From Longimicrobiales bacterium (GTDB lineage: Bacteria > Gemmatimonadota > Gemmatimonadetes > Longimicrobiales > Gaopeijiaceae), in NCBI GenBank assembly GCA_965203485.1, contig OZ241892.1, forward strand, positions 1,920,001-1,984,000: DNA of 64,000 nt, in the 5' to 3' direction. How positions within the stretch are numbered: position 1 is the stretch's first letter; each line of letters begins with the position of its first letter. A program made the translations under genes and the position numbers. Below the pieces are notes generated by a model. The model was not told the DNA's origin. It did no database searches and was given only the letters and a program-made list of their open reading frames with translations. Below, one piece after another: positions 46,739-57,775 of the stretch.

Positions 46739-48163
46739 ATGGCCGTTCGCACTCTGATCCGAAATGCGGACGTGGTCCTGCCGAGCGGAATCGCGCGAAT
46801 CTCGGTGCTGTTGGAGGACGGACGGATCGCGGTCCTGGACGCTCCCCCGACGCTGCGCGCCGACGAGACGGTCAACGCTTCCGGCCTTCACCTGCTGCCG
46901 GGCGTGATCGACGCGCACGTGCACTTCCGCGACCCTGGGCTGACGCACAAGGAGGACTTGGCCACGGGCAGCCAAGCGTGCGCCGCCGGGGGCGTCACGT
47001 CGTTCCTGGACATGCCCAACACGACGCCCCAGACGGTCACCGTGGAGGCGTTGGAGGACAAGCTGGCCATTGCGGCGCGCAAATGCGTGGTCAACTACGG
47101 CTTCTACGTCGGGGCCACGCGCGACAACTTGGCCGAGCTTCAGCGGGCCGCGCGCACGCCGGAAGTCGCCGCGCGCACGCCGGGCGTCAAGGTGTTCCTG
47201 GGGTCCAGCACGGGCGCCATGCTGCTGGACGATCCCGAGCTTCTGGAACGCCTCTTCGCGGAGACGACCTTGCCCATCGCCGCGCACTGCGAGGACGAAG
47301 CCGCGGTCCGGGCGAACCAAGCGCGGCTGGAAGAAGAGAGGCAACCCTCCAGCGACGCGGGCGCATCCAGCAAAGACGCTTCGCCCGGCCAGCGAAGCGG
47401 ACGGGACCGGCCGCTCCTGTCGATCAGCGACCACTCCCGCATCAGGGACCGAGCGGCCGCGGTTCGGGCAACCCGGCGCGCCGTCGACTTGGCGCAACGT
47501 CATGGTCGGCGGCTCCACGTCCTTCACGTCTCGACCGCGGAGGAAGCCGCGCTGCTCGCGAAGGCCGGCCCCCTCGTCACGTCCGAGGCCTGTCCCCACC
47601 ACATCTTCCTCGACACGTCGGACTACGGACGCCTCGGCTCTCTAGCCCAGATGAATCCAGCCTTGAAGACGACTGCGGACCGCGCAGCGCTGTGGAAGGC
47701 CCTCAAGGACGGCGCGATCGACATGATCGCCACCGACCACGCGCCTCACACGCTCGAAGAAAAGCGGGTCCCCTACCCCGATTCCCCGTCCGGCGTGCCT
47801 GCGGTGGAAGTGGCTCTGCCCCTCATGCTCGACCAGGTCGCTCAGGGGCGCTGCACGCTCGAGGAAGTGGCGCGGTGGATGTCGGACGCGCCCGCGCGGG
47901 TCTGGCGAATCGCGGGCAAGGGCCGCATCGAAGAAGGACTGGACGCCGATCTGGTGCTCGTGGACTTGTCGTTGCGACGCGAGGTCAGGAACGCCGAGCA
48001 GCGCTCGAAGTGCGGATGGACGCCTTGGCACCGCGCCCAACTGACCGGATGGCCGGTGCGGACCTGGGTGGGAGGCCGGACGGTCTTCAAGGACGGGGAG
48101 GTGGACCCGGAGCCGCGCGGGGAACCGATCGTCTTCGACCGGAGCGCCGACGAAGCGGACTGA
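46739..48163 (+). CDS. pyrC: Dihydroorotase-family cyclic amidohydrolase
   Basis: [48 protein letters not shown]. Confidence 0.88.
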   Translation: MAVRTLIRNADVVLPSGIARISVLLEDGRIAVLDAPPTLRADETVNASGLHLLPGVIDAHVHFRDPGLTHKEDLATGSQACAAGGVTSFLDMPNTTPQTVTVEALEDKLAIAARKCVVNYGFYVGATRDNLAELQRAARTPEVAARTPGVKVFLGSSTGAMLLDDPELLERLFAETTLPIAAHCEDEAAVRANQARLEEERQPSSDAGASSKDASPGQRSGRDRPLLSISDHSRIRDRAAAVRATRRAVDLAQRHGRRLHVLHVSTAEEAALLAKAGPLVTSEACPHHIFLDTSDYGRLGSLAQMNPALKTTADRAALWKALKDGAIDMIATDHAPHTLEEKRVPYPDSPSGVPAVEVALPLMLDQVAQGRCTLEEVARWMSDAPARVWRIAGKGRIEEGLDADLVLVDLSLRREVRNAEQRSKCGWTPWHRAQLTGWPVRTWVGGRTVFKDGEVDPEPRGEPIVFDRSADEAD

Positions 48164-48199
48164 AGCGCAGCAACGATCCGCAAGGCGAAGCTGGGCCGA

Positions 48200-48586
48200 A
48201 GCGCCACAGCGACCGAGCTTCGTGGCCAGCCGCTTCACTTCTTGCGGCGACAGCGCCGCCCGCTCGTCGGGCCGAAGCGCCGCCCGCCACTCCTTGAGCG
48301 GATGAAAGTGAACCCTTCGGACCGGTCCGCCGCTCGCCAGCCGCTTGGCCTTGGACCTCGGCCGCGTCAGTAACACCACTTCCACCACGCGGACGTCCGG
48401 CGGACCGATCGCCACCATGTCTATCTCGTCGGACTGAAGCTGGTGCGTGACCGAGAAGATCAGATTCGTCAGCACGTACCAGCAATCGTCGCCCGGCAAC
48501 GAGTTCAGCCCGGCCTTGACCTTCTCCAGCACTTGGCATTCGCTCTCGGTCACAGCCAGGCCGCAGGGAATGGGCTCGGCTCTCAT
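48200..48586 (-). pseudogene. Relic of a NERD-domain protein N-terminus
   Basis: IPCG.AV.ESE, LTNL.FSVTHQLQSDEIDMVAIGPP.VRVVEV, then a jump to VLLT with the ExK lysine region missing; decays into the pyrC antisense strand. Confidence 0.65.
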
Positions 48587-48769
48587 CGCTTGGCTTCCCC
48601 ACAGGTAGGGTGCTTCATCCGATCAAAGTTGGCACGCGGCTATCCGGCGCCAAGTCGGGCGGGACTTCGCGATTGAACGGGCTTGGTCAGCTCCAGCGCG
48701 GCAAGGTCGTTGGTGCCGACCACTACCCCCCAGCTTGCCTCCGCCGCCCCAACGGTAGAAGTTCACCAC

Positions 48770-49719
48770 ATGCCCAACAGAGACCGAGCAAGCTCACAAG
48801 CCGATCTGGCGACCAGGCGCGGGTCGCGAGGACACCCTGCGACTCCAGGCGTGCCCCCCCGCCAGAAGCGAGGCCCGAATCTGGAGAACCGACCTTCGGA
48901 CCGGGACCGTGTGGAGTGCTACGAAGCACTACGCCGGGTGGCTCGTGCCGTCGAGGCAACCCCGGCGGACAGAAAATACTTGGTGTTGCGCGCCGCGGAC
49001 GAGATGCTGGGCGACGGCGTGCGGCAACGTATCAGCGGGGAGACGCCGGTACTCGACGGACTGGACGAGCTTGACGCCTACGCGACGGCGTATTTGCCGG
49101 CCTGCTCCAAGAAACCGTGGGGTGCGGCACCGGTCGCGACCCGGACGTTCGGTTCGACGGATGCCAGGCGAACATGGTGACGATCCGATCCCAGGTCCCC
49201 CGCTACGCAAGCACCAAGCTTCCGGTGATGCTCCTCGGCGAGCGGGGAGTCGGCAAGGGCCAGCTCTTGCGAGCCATCGCGTCGACCTGGCCGAAGCCCG
49301 CCGCGTTGGTGACGGTGAGCTTGGCCGCGCTCCCGGAGAGTCTCGCGGAATCGGAGTTGTTCGGCCACGTGAAGGGAGCGTACACCGGCGCAACAGCGAG
49401 CCGACACGGGCTGATCATGACGGCGCACAATGACAGAGGCGGGCTCTACTTGGACGATGTCGGCGAATGCCCGCCGACCGTCCAAGCAAAGTTGCTTACG
49501 TGCTTGGACGACGGCATCCTCCGCGCGGTGGGCTCCGACAAAGGGATTTCAATCGGACGAGGACTGGACCGCCGCTTCGCGGTGTTCTCTTCCGCGCAAC
49601 CGGGTAGCCTCGGCCGCCTCCGGCCCGACCTCAGGGACCGGTTGGCCAGTCACCTCGTCGTGATCCCGCCTCTCAGCGAACGCGGGCTCGACATCCTCCT
49701 TCTCGGCTCGGCTACATGA
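48770..49719 (+). pseudogene. Truncated/frameshifted sigma-54-dependent activator (AAA+ domain)
   Basis: GERGVGKG, ESELFGHVKGAYTGA, LYLDDVGE, QAKLL, RPDLRDRL, IPPLSER; stops before any HTH. The upstream ORF 48770-49180 is in another frame. Confidence 0.7.
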
Positions 49720-49858
49720 AAACCAATAGTCGGCATGACGCCGACACAAGGCCCACCGGACAAGGAGAAGCTCCATGAACACCCTGAGCAACGTCATCCG
49801 CATCCTATTCGCCGTCACGCCATCGTACTCGGCATAGTATCGCGATTTTGTTGATCTG

Positions 49859-51037
49859 ATGGCAAATCCGCAACGACACAGCATTCCCACGTTGCCGTCA
49901 TCGCGCCGAACGGCATTGCTTGTTGCGTTGTTTGCGGTTGCCACAGGAAATCAATGCGCACCCAGACACGACGATGCCGGGAGCGACCTTCCGATCTTCA
50001 TGTCTTCGCTGTTGAGAGACATCGACTTGGAGAGTGGAGATGGTCCCGTCGTGATGGGTGTCAACGATCTTGCCGTTGACTCGACAGGACACCTGTTTGT
50101 CCTCGACGCGATGGCCGGACGCCTTCACAAGTACGACACATCCGGCAACTATGTGGCGTCACTTTCGGACACCGTCGGCAACGCGATCTTTCTGCGGCAA
50201 CCGGTGGGTGCACCGCCCACTGGAGTGGCGGTCGGCCAAGACGGCAACATCTACGTCACGGGCGCCCCGCGCGACATGTTTCCGAATCGGTTGTGGGATT
50301 CGACGGCCGTTTCACGGATTTCGCCTGATCTGGCCATCGATGCCGTCTATCGATTTGGGCGTACCCAGAGCCTTGTCAGACTGGATGTGTGGCGAGACAA
50401 GCTGGTAGTGGCCTTGGATCGCCCACGCGACCTCGTCGAGCGTTTCTTGGGATATTCCGATGAACATGTCAAAGCCAATGAAGAGCTTCTCGCCATGACC
50501 TATGCCGGCACGCCGACGATGTATTTTCATCCTGCAGACGAAAGAAAACATAGTGTTCCCTATTGGGGAGGATGGTTCGGCACTTTCGTGGCGGCAACAA
50601 ACGACGATCTCTTGGTCGTGAATTCGCTGTACCCCGTCCATCGATACGGTCCCGGAGGCGAAGCGGCTGGTACTTTCGGCGATCCTTCGCCGTCCTTCCG
50701 GCAACCCAGTCGCCCGGAGCCCAGATCGTTTCCCACAGCGAACGCGGCCTACTACGAGTGGCGGAATTCGTTCACGACCATAGATGGCATTCACGTGTTG
50801 GCAGACTCGCTGGTCGTCGTCTTGCTGGTCGACCAGGACGGCGATACGCACGCGGCGATCGAGAAGCGCTGGCGTGCCGACGTGTTCAAGCTGAACTCGG
50901 GCGAGGTCGTTGCCCGGGACGTGGCGCTGGAGGGCAACGTGTTGCACGCCGACACCTTGTTGTACGTTGCTTGGCAGCCCACGGAAGAAGGCTGGCACAT
51001 AGGTCTTTTCGACTTGAGGGAAGAGGGAGCGCGATGA
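49859..51037 (+). CDS. NHL/6-bladed beta-propeller exported protein
   Basis: Hydrophobic signal with Cys; DLAVDSTGHLFVLD..AGRLHKYD.SG, GVAVGQDGNIYV. Lower GC. Confidence 0.75.
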   Translation: MANPQRHSIPTLPSSRRTALLVALFAVATGNQCAPRHDDAGSDLPIFMSSLLRDIDLESGDGPVVMGVNDLAVDSTGHLFVLDAMAGRLHKYDTSGNYVASLSDTVGNAIFLRQPVGAPPTGVAVGQDGNIYVTGAPRDMFPNRLWDSTAVSRISPDLAIDAVYRFGRTQSLVRLDVWRDKLVVALDRPRDLVERFLGYSDEHVKANEELLAMTYAGTPTMYFHPADERKHSVPYWGGWFGTFVAATNDDLLVVNSLYPVHRYGPGGEAAGTFGDPSPSFRQPSRPEPRSFPTANAAYYEWRNSFTTIDGIHVLADSLVVVLLVDQDGDTHAAIEKRWRADVFKLNSGEVVARDVALEGNVLHADTLLYVAWQPTEEGWHIGLFDLREEGAR

Positions 51038-52239
51038 CTCGCCGTGGCCGAAAACGCTCGTCGATGAACCGATTCATCAAGGCGACCCAGGAAGGTTTCG
51101 TTGGCCCGGCATCGCGCCGTTGCAGGCTGATTGCCACGGCCTGGTTGGCAACGTCGTGGACGGCGTGCGCCGACAACGGAGAACCAGTCTCGCGAGAGGT
51201 CGTTCTGCACATCGACGATGCTCCGCTGTGGACGTTGGACTTCAGCTTCGAGGTCGAGCAGCAGGAAGACGATCCGCTGGGAAGGGTCGCCGGAGCCGTC
51301 TTCGCGACTTCGGACCTCGTCGCGGTTGGCGACGCGCTCAACAATCGCATCGTCCTTGTCGACTCCTTGGGAACAGTGGTGGGAACGGTTGGACGCTCGG
51401 GAATGGGGCCGCTGGAGTTTGCGGAGCTGGGGCTCGTGGCCCGTTGGCCGGCGGGGGATTCGGTGTTCGCTTGGGACGCAAGGGCAAGACGCTATTCGGT
51501 GTTTTCGCCGTACAGCCGCGCAGGTCGCACAACCGTGCCGGAGGGAGTGGAAACGCCGGTCGCCCGCGCCTTGCCCGGCCTGGACGGCGGGCTCTGGGTT
51601 GTCGGCGTGGTGTTGGCAGGACCCGGCGACGTGCAGTCCAGCGGACGCTATCGGCTCCATCACGACGTCGGATATTGGGAAGGCGTCGGCAAGGTGCGGA
51701 AGGTCGCGTCGGTCGCCGGTCCGCAAATGGTTGGACGAGCGCCGGCATTGTTCGCTCCGCACACGAGTCTTGCGGCCGGCGGAGGATTCCTGTTCGTCAG
51801 CGAGGGCGAACGACCTACGGTTGCGGCGATGGAATCAAGCGGCGTAGTCCGGCGTGAGATTACGGTGAACGGACTGGCCGCCGAGTTCACCGAAGCGTTG
51901 CGCGAGAAGCACGTGGAGTGGTTGCATGCGCATAGCGGCTATTCACGGGAGAGCGTCGACTGGATGCTCGAAAACGCGCCTCTGCCGGAAGTGGTGGACG
52001 CGTTCGTGCAGGTCGTCTTCGCCCGAGACGGTTCGCTTTGGCTTGGACAACGTGGCGCCCCGGGCGGAGAAGAGCGTCACTGGATCAACGTCACCACGGA
52101 GGGCGCCCCCATGCGGCGCGTAGTGACGCCGACGGGACGGACAATGCTGGACGCCGCCGGAGACCGCTTGCTTTTCCTGCGCCGCGACGACTTGGAGCGG
52201 GATTACGTGGAAGTGCACACGGCGATTTCGCCCGGCTGA
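51034..52239 (+). CDS. 6-bladed beta-propeller lipoprotein
   Basis: WTAC lipobox-like; VGDALNNRIVLVDSLG..VGTVGRSGMGPLEF; DGSLWL; RRDDLERDYVEV; ATGA-coupled to the previous gene. Confidence 0.75.
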   Translation: MTRRGRKRSSMNRFIKATQEGFVGPASRRCRLIATAWLATSWTACADNGEPVSREVVLHIDDAPLWTLDFSFEVEQQEDDPLGRVAGAVFATSDLVAVGDALNNRIVLVDSLGTVVGTVGRSGMGPLEFAELGLVARWPAGDSVFAWDARARRYSVFSPYSRAGRTTVPEGVETPVARALPGLDGGLWVVGVVLAGPGDVQSSGRYRLHHDVGYWEGVGKVRKVASVAGPQMVGRAPALFAPHTSLAAGGGFLFVSEGERPTVAAMESSGVVRREITVNGLAAEFTEALREKHVEWLHAHSGYSRESVDWMLENAPLPEVVDAFVQVVFARDGSLWLGQRGAPGGEERHWINVTTEGAPMRRVVTPTGRTMLDAAGDRLLFLRRDDLERDYVEVHTAISPG

Positions 52240-52304
52240 CGCGCCCAAGCCGGACTCGGCTCCGGCCCCCCGCCCCCGCCCCGATCCAACCGAGCGGCCC
52301 CGGC

Positions 52305-53525
52305 TCACGAGCGCCGAAGCGTGCCCACCAAGGGGTAGTGGTCGGACCCGAACGCATCGTCCAGTCGCCGACAGTCGCAACGCCAGCCCTCGGGCAACGC
52401 AAACAGAAGATGGTCCGAGCGGCGAAGGAAGCCGCCGACTTCGAAGCGGTGGGTGGGACGCGGGTCGGGCGCATGCGGGTGGGGGAAGCGTCGGCGGGCC
52501 AGCTTGTACGCGGCTTCGCGGCGGCCCAGCGTCCAGGTGTTGAAATCGCCGCCGAGAGCGAAGATCCGGGGCGACTGGACGGACGCCCAGGGTGCGCCGA
52601 AGGCGCTGGCGCCGACGGGAAGCATGCCGTCCTCCTCCAGCGGACGGAGCCACCCGAGCATCGTGAGCGCTCGAAGCAGTCCGGCCATCTGCCGCGCACG
52701 CGCACGGCCCAGACTTCGCCAAGCGCGACCCCAGGGAGCCCGATTGTCCAGATGCACCGAGCAAAGACCGACGCGTTCGCCCCCGATCTCCACCTGCGCC
52801 GCCACCGCGACTCGGCGTTGCCGCTCGAAGGGCAGTTCGACGGCCAGCGGCGACGTCAGCGGCACGTTGGCGACGATCGCGTTGCCCCGGTCCTCCTGGA
52901 CGGGCTCGGCCCCCGCTTCGCGTGTTCCGTCCCCGTCGCCGACGCGTCGAACGCCGTTGCGCATCGAGGGCACGTACACCAGCGACAATCCTTCCTCTCT
53001 CGCAAAAGCGACGACGTCGGTGCGATCCTCGCCGGGCGGGCGATCCGCGATCCGGTCGGCCCAGGACCACCGGCGCGCAGGGCCGTCCCTGCCCAAGGCG
53101 AACTCGGCGCGCGCGGAAGGCTCCGCGGGCACGGCGGCTTCTGCAACGGGCACGTGATCTCCAGCGGTGAAGACCTCTTGCAGGAGCGCCGCAACCGGGC
53201 CGCCCGATCCGCCGCGCTCGTCCAGCAGTCTCCGCCAGAACGCTCGTAGCGCCCCGCCGCCCGTGCGAGCGTTCCATGCAACCGCCACGAGAGGCGGGCC
53301 CGCTTCGGAAGCGCCGCCGCCCTCGGCAAGCCATGCTGGTCCAACGGCGGCGCGCCAAGTTCGGATCTGGTGAAGATCGGCTTCCGACGCGGCGCTGGTC
53401 CAAGCAACGCCTTGGCGGCCGCTTCGTCGCTCGGCAACGCCTTCGCCGCACGTTGCGCGACCCTGGGCGTCCACCGTCAGGCACCATGATTGGATCAACG
53501 GCGCGGCTCCTGCCCGTGTTGGCAC
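52305..53525 (-). CDS. Endonuclease/exonuclease/phosphatase (EEP) family protein
   Basis: AWN, LLQEV, RGNAI, VHLDN, GGDFN, DHL, GSDHYPL. Start uncertain. Confidence 0.85.
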   Translation of the reverse strand: MPTRAGAAPLIQSWCLTVDAQGRATCGEGVAERRSGRQGVAWTSAASEADLHQIRTWRAAVGPAWLAEGGGASEAGPPLVAVAWNARTGGGALRAFWRRLLDERGGSGGPVAALLQEVFTAGDHVPVAEAAVPAEPSARAEFALGRDGPARRWSWADRIADRPPGEDRTDVVAFAREEGLSLVYVPSMRNGVRRVGDGDGTREAGAEPVQEDRGNAIVANVPLTSPLAVELPFERQRRVAVAAQVEIGGERVGLCSVHLDNRAPWGRAWRSLGRARARQMAGLLRALTMLGWLRPLEEDGMLPVGASAFGAPWASVQSPRIFALGGDFNTWTLGRREAAYKLARRRFPHPHAPDPRPTHRFEVGGFLRRSDHLLFALPEGWRCDCRRLDDAFGSDHYPLVGTLRRS

Positions 53526-53701
53526 GCGGCACCCCCGTCGGCAAGGGTAGATTGTTCGTCGGCCAGCCTTCTGAACCACGCCCGCTCCCCATCGTCCGAC
53601 GGAAGGCTTTCGCGAAACAATATGCTCCGAAACGCGCTCGACGCCACCCGCCGCGCAATCCCGCACGCGCCGATCCTCGATCGCAGATCCGCCTTCGCAA
53701 C

Positions 53702-55312
53702 ATGATCGGCGGCCCGAAGATCCCTGTCGTGCTGATCGTCTGCGACGGTTGGGGCGTGGGCGCCACCGACCCAGCCGAAGCCGAACGACAGGGCGACGCG
53801 GTCGCGATCGCCCGCACTCCCGTGCGACGCCGAATGCTGCAACGATGCCCGTGGAGCCTAATCCGCACATCCGGCGAGGCGGTGGGGCTTCCGCATGGCC
53901 AGATGGGCAACTCCGAGGTCGGCCACCTGAACCTGGGAGCGGGGCGCATCGTCGCGCAGGACGTTGCGCGCATCGATCAAGCGGTCGAGGACGGCAGCTT
54001 GGCTCGCCTTCCCGCGCTGGAAACCCTTGCCGACGCGTTGCGGCACGGCCGAGGCCGGCTCCACTTGGCGGGGCTGTGCTCGGACGGCGGCGTCCACAGT
54101 CACGTGCGCCACCTTCGCGCTCTCATGGACTGGGCGGACTCGGCCGGGTTGCCGGTGCGCGTCCACTGCATCACCGACGGACGCGACGCTTCGCCCACCG
54201 CCGGGCTGAGCTGGATCCGGCGAATCGAAGCCTGGACGAGCGCGATGCGCGACGGTCGAATCGCCAGCGTCGCCGGACGCCACTACGCCTTGGACCGCGA
54301 TCGGCGTTGGGGGCGAACCAAGCGAGCCGTTCGAGCGATGAACGCCGGCCTCGCGCCCCGTGCGGCGTCCGCCTCCAGCTTCGTGCAGGCATGCTACGAC
54401 GCAGGTCCGCGCCGAGCCGGCGGCGGCTTGGGCGACGAGTTCCTTCCACCCGTTGTCGTCGGCGGCGGCGGCCGGAGCGCCGTGGATCCGCCGGGCGTGC
54501 TCCCCGACGACGGACTCCTCTTCTTCAACTTCCGGGCCGATCGCATGCGCCAACTGTTTGCCGCCCTGGCGGACGCGGACTTCGGCCGTTTTGCCCGCTC
54601 GCGCCCGCCGTGCCGCCACGTGGTCGCCATGACCCGCTATCGGGACGACTTCTCCTACCCCGTGCTGTTTCCGCCCCAACGGCTCGAGAACGTCCTGGGC
54701 GAGACGCTCGCGCGCGCGAATCGGACGCAGCTTCGCATGGCCGAGACCGAGAAGTACGCCCACGTCACCTACTTCTTCAACGGGGGCGACGAAGCGCCGT
54801 TTCCGGGCGAAGATCGCGAGATGACGCCGTCTCCCGAGGTGGAGACCTACGACCTGAAGCCCGAGATGAGCGCGCCCGAACTCACGGACGCCCTGCTGAA
54901 GCGGCTGAACGAACGGCGGCACGACTTCGTGCTGGTGAACTACGCCAACGCCGACATGGTGGGCCACACGGGGAAGATCGCCGCCGCGGCGAAGGCCGTA
55001 GAGGCCGTGGACCACTGCGTGGGCCGCATCCTGGAGCGCGCCGCCGGCTTGGGCGGGACCGTTCTCGTCACCGCCGACCACGGCAACGCCGAGCGCATGC
55101 TGGACGAGCGGGGACGTCCCTTCACCGCCCACACGACGGGGCCGGTCCGCTTGTTCCTGGCGGTGCACCGCGGCGAGGAGGGAGGCGCCGGCCGCTTCCG
55201 GCTCCGCGACGGCGCGCTGGCGGACGTGGCGCCCACGGCGCTCGATCTCATGGGAGTCGCTCGCCCGCCCGAGATGACTGGAAGGAGCCTGCTGGCCCGG
55301 CCCGGGGAGTGA
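53702..55312 (+). CDS. gpmI: 2,3-bisphosphoglycerate-independent phosphoglycerate mutase
   Basis: DGWG, GQMGNSEVGH, SDGGVHSH, FNFRADR, AETEKYAHVT, DMVGHTG, TADHGN. Confidence 0.96.
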   Translation: MIGGPKIPVVLIVCDGWGVGATDPAEAERQGDAVAIARTPVRRRMLQRCPWSLIRTSGEAVGLPHGQMGNSEVGHLNLGAGRIVAQDVARIDQAVEDGSLARLPALETLADALRHGRGRLHLAGLCSDGGVHSHVRHLRALMDWADSAGLPVRVHCITDGRDASPTAGLSWIRRIEAWTSAMRDGRIASVAGRHYALDRDRRWGRTKRAVRAMNAGLAPRAASASSFVQACYDAGPRRAGGGLGDEFLPPVVVGGGGRSAVDPPGVLPDDGLLFFNFRADRMRQLFAALADADFGRFARSRPPCRHVVAMTRYRDDFSYPVLFPPQRLENVLGETLARANRTQLRMAETEKYAHVTYFFNGGDEAPFPGEDREMTPSPEVETYDLKPEMSAPELTDALLKRLNERRHDFVLVNYANADMVGHTGKIAAAAKAVEAVDHCVGRILERAAGLGGTVLVTADHGNAERMLDERGRPFTAHTTGPVRLFLAVHRGEEGGAGRFRLRDGALADVAPTALDLMGVARPPEMTGRSLLARPGE

Positions 55313-55568
55313 CGCTCGGACCACGCTGCCGCCCACACGTCCCCGCGCGCCGGTTCCTGCGTACGGCTCGGCGTACGGCCCCGGCCCTGTCGTGCCTTGT
55401 CCCCGGCGCGGGGGCCCCGTGCCCGTCGGATGCACCGCCTCCGTCGCAAGAGGAGGTTGCCGATGCGGCGTCCGGCGTGATAGCGTGTTGCGTCGGCAAC
55501 GAACAGTCGGCACGCCGAGACGGGCAGGGCGACGAACCCGGGCGCCAACGCAAATCAGGACACGCCGC

Positions 55569-56405
55569 TTGAAAGAGTCCAGCAGCCGCCCGGCCCCCGC
55601 GGCGGAATGCGCCGCCCCGGAGGAGACCGACTCCCCCGGTTACGAGCGGGCCGGAGCGAACCGCTGGCCGGGCGGGGCGTTCGCGCGAGCAACCGACCGG
55701 CTGACCGGCGCCCTGGGGCGCTTGGTGTCGTGGTTGGTGCTGGCCATGGTGCTCATCGGCGCCTACAACGCCGTGGTCCGCTATCTCGGCCGGTTCACCG
55801 GCGCCAACCTGAGCTCCAATTTGTATCTGGAGCTTCAGTGGTACCTGTTCTCCCTGGTCTTTCTGCTCGGGGCCGGGTACGCGCTCAAGGAGAACGCCCA
55901 CGTGCGCGTGGATGTCTTGTACGGGCGGCTGGGCAGGCGCGCGCGCGCCTGGATCGACGGGGCCGGCGCGGCGCTCATGCTGTTGCCGTTCTGCGTGTTC
56001 CTGCTGTGGGTGTCTTGGCCGTCGGTGCACAATTCCTGGACAATCCGAGAGGTGTCGCCCGACCCCGGCGGCCTGCCCCGCTATCCGCTGAAGGCCGTCA
56101 TCATCGTCTGCTTCGTGCTGCTGATGGCGCAGGGACTGGCCCAGTTGGCGAAGGACGGGAGCGTGCTGCGAAGGCGGCCCGCGGCCCACGGGAGCAACGG
56201 GGACGACGGCGGAGGGGACGCCAAGAGGGCCGGGGCGCGCGGCGGCCGCGCGAGCGCCGAGAACGCGCACGCCCCATTGCAGCGGCCCAGAGGACGACGC
56301 TTCCCAGACGGTTGCGGCCAGGGCGCGGACGGTGGGGACGGTGGGGACGGCGGCGCCCGCAAGCGTGGACGCAACGGCGGCTCGGGCGACGGAGTTGGTC
56401 CGTGA
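55569..56405 (+). CDS. dctQ: TRAP transporter small permease
   Basis: VVRY, ELQWYLF, HVRVDVLY, EVSPDPGGLPRYPLK; Gly-rich C-terminal extension. Start approximate. Confidence 0.88.
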   Translation: MKESSSRPAPAAECAAPEETDSPGYERAGANRWPGGAFARATDRLTGALGRLVSWLVLAMVLIGAYNAVVRYLGRFTGANLSSNLYLELQWYLFSLVFLLGAGYALKENAHVRVDVLYGRLGRRARAWIDGAGAALMLLPFCVFLLWVSWPSVHNSWTIREVSPDPGGLPRYPLKAVIIVCFVLLMAQGLAQLAKDGSVLRRRPAAHGSNGDDGGGDAKRAGARGGRASAENAHAPLQRPRGRRFPDGCGQGADGGDGGDGGARKRGRNGGSGDGVGP

Positions 56406-57730
56406 TGGACGGAAGCGTCTTGGCGCCCCTGATGTTCGCGGCGGTGTTTCTGATCATCTTCAGCGGCTATCCGGTCGCGTTCGCTCTGGGCGGCGCATCG
56501 CTGATCTTCGCGTTCGTCGGCGTCGAGCTCGGCTACTTCGACTGGAACCTGCTGTACGCCATGCCGGAGCGGATCTTCGGCGTGATGTCGAACTACGTCC
56601 TGCTCGCCGTTCCCTTCTTCATCTTCATGGGACTCGTGCTCGAGAAGGCCAAGCTGGCCGAGGACCTGCTGACCACGATCGGGGCTCTGTTCGGCCGCCG
56701 CGCCGGCGGGTTGGCGCTCGCGGTCGTCTTCGTCGGCGCGATGCTGGCGGCGGCCACGGGCGTCGTGGGCGCCTCGGTCGTCGCGATGGGAAGCATCTCG
56801 CTACCGGTAATGCTGCGCTACAGGTACTCCAAGCACCTGTCGTCCGGCGTCATTCTCGCTTCGGGCACCCTCGGCCAGATCATCCCCCCCAGCATCGTGC
56901 TGGTGGTGCTCGCCGACCAAATGGGCATCTCCGTCGGCGACTTGTTCGTCGGCGGGCTGGTTCCCGGCCTGATGCTCGCCGGCATGTACGCGCTCTACGT
57001 GATGGGCGTGGCGGTCGTCAAGCCGTCCGCGGCGCCCGCATTGCCTCCCGAGATGACCGAAGTCGCCTTCCGCGCGCTGCTGCGCCAAGTCGCCTTGGTT
57101 CTCATGCCTCCCCTGCTCCTCATCCTGATCGTGCTGGGCTCGATCTTCGCCGGCGTGGCCACGCCCACCGAGGCCGGTGCGATCGGGTCCGTCGGCGCCA
57201 TCGTCCTGGCCGCCGCCAGAGGCCGCATGAACATCGCCGTCCTACGCGACGCCTGCCGCGACACGACCAAGCTCACCACGATGGTCATGTTCCTGCTCAT
57301 CGGCTCCACCGCATTCGCCCTCGTCTTCAGGGGCCTCTACGGCGACATCTGGATCGAGAACCTCCTGACGAACCTGCCGGGCGGCAAAGTGGGACTGCTG
57401 CTGGTCGCCAACTTGGCCATCTTCGTTCTCGGCTTCTTCCTCGACTTCTTCGAGATCGCGTTCATCATCATTCCGCTCCTGGCGCCCGCGGCGTCCCTGC
57501 TGGGCATCGACCTCGTCTGGTTCGGCGTCATGATCGGCATGAATCTGCAAACGTCGTTCCTGACGCCCCCCTTCGGCTTCGCGCTCTTCTACCTTCGCGG
57601 CGTCGCTCCTCCGACCGTAAAGACGACCGACCTCTACCGCGCCGTCGTCCCCTTCATCGTCATCCAGCTTGTGGGCCTACTCGCCATCGTCCTGTGGCCC
57701 CAGCTCGTGACCGGACTGCTCGGACGCTGA
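56405..57730 (+). CDS. dctM: TRAP transporter large permease
   Basis: GYPVAFAL, LLAVPFFIFMG, GTLGQIIPPS, ATPTEAG, SFLTPPFGFALFYL. Confidence 0.93.
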   Translation: MDGSVLAPLMFAAVFLIIFSGYPVAFALGGASLIFAFVGVELGYFDWNLLYAMPERIFGVMSNYVLLAVPFFIFMGLVLEKAKLAEDLLTTIGALFGRRAGGLALAVVFVGAMLAAATGVVGASVVAMGSISLPVMLRYRYSKHLSSGVILASGTLGQIIPPSIVLVVLADQMGISVGDLFVGGLVPGLMLAGMYALYVMGVAVVKPSAAPALPPEMTEVAFRALLRQVALVLMPPLLLILIVLGSIFAGVATPTEAGAIGSVGAIVLAAARGRMNIAVLRDACRDTTKLTTMVMFLLIGSTAFALVFRGLYGDIWIENLLTNLPGGKVGLLLVANLAIFVLGFFLDFFEIAFIIIPLLAPAASLLGIDLVWFGVMIGMNLQTSFLTPPFGFALFYLRGVAPPTVKTTDLYRAVVPFIVIQLVGLLAIVLWPQLVTGLLGR

Positions 57731-57775
57731 TCTCACCAAGACGCGCACATTCCCGGCGTGCCGCACGCAACCAGG

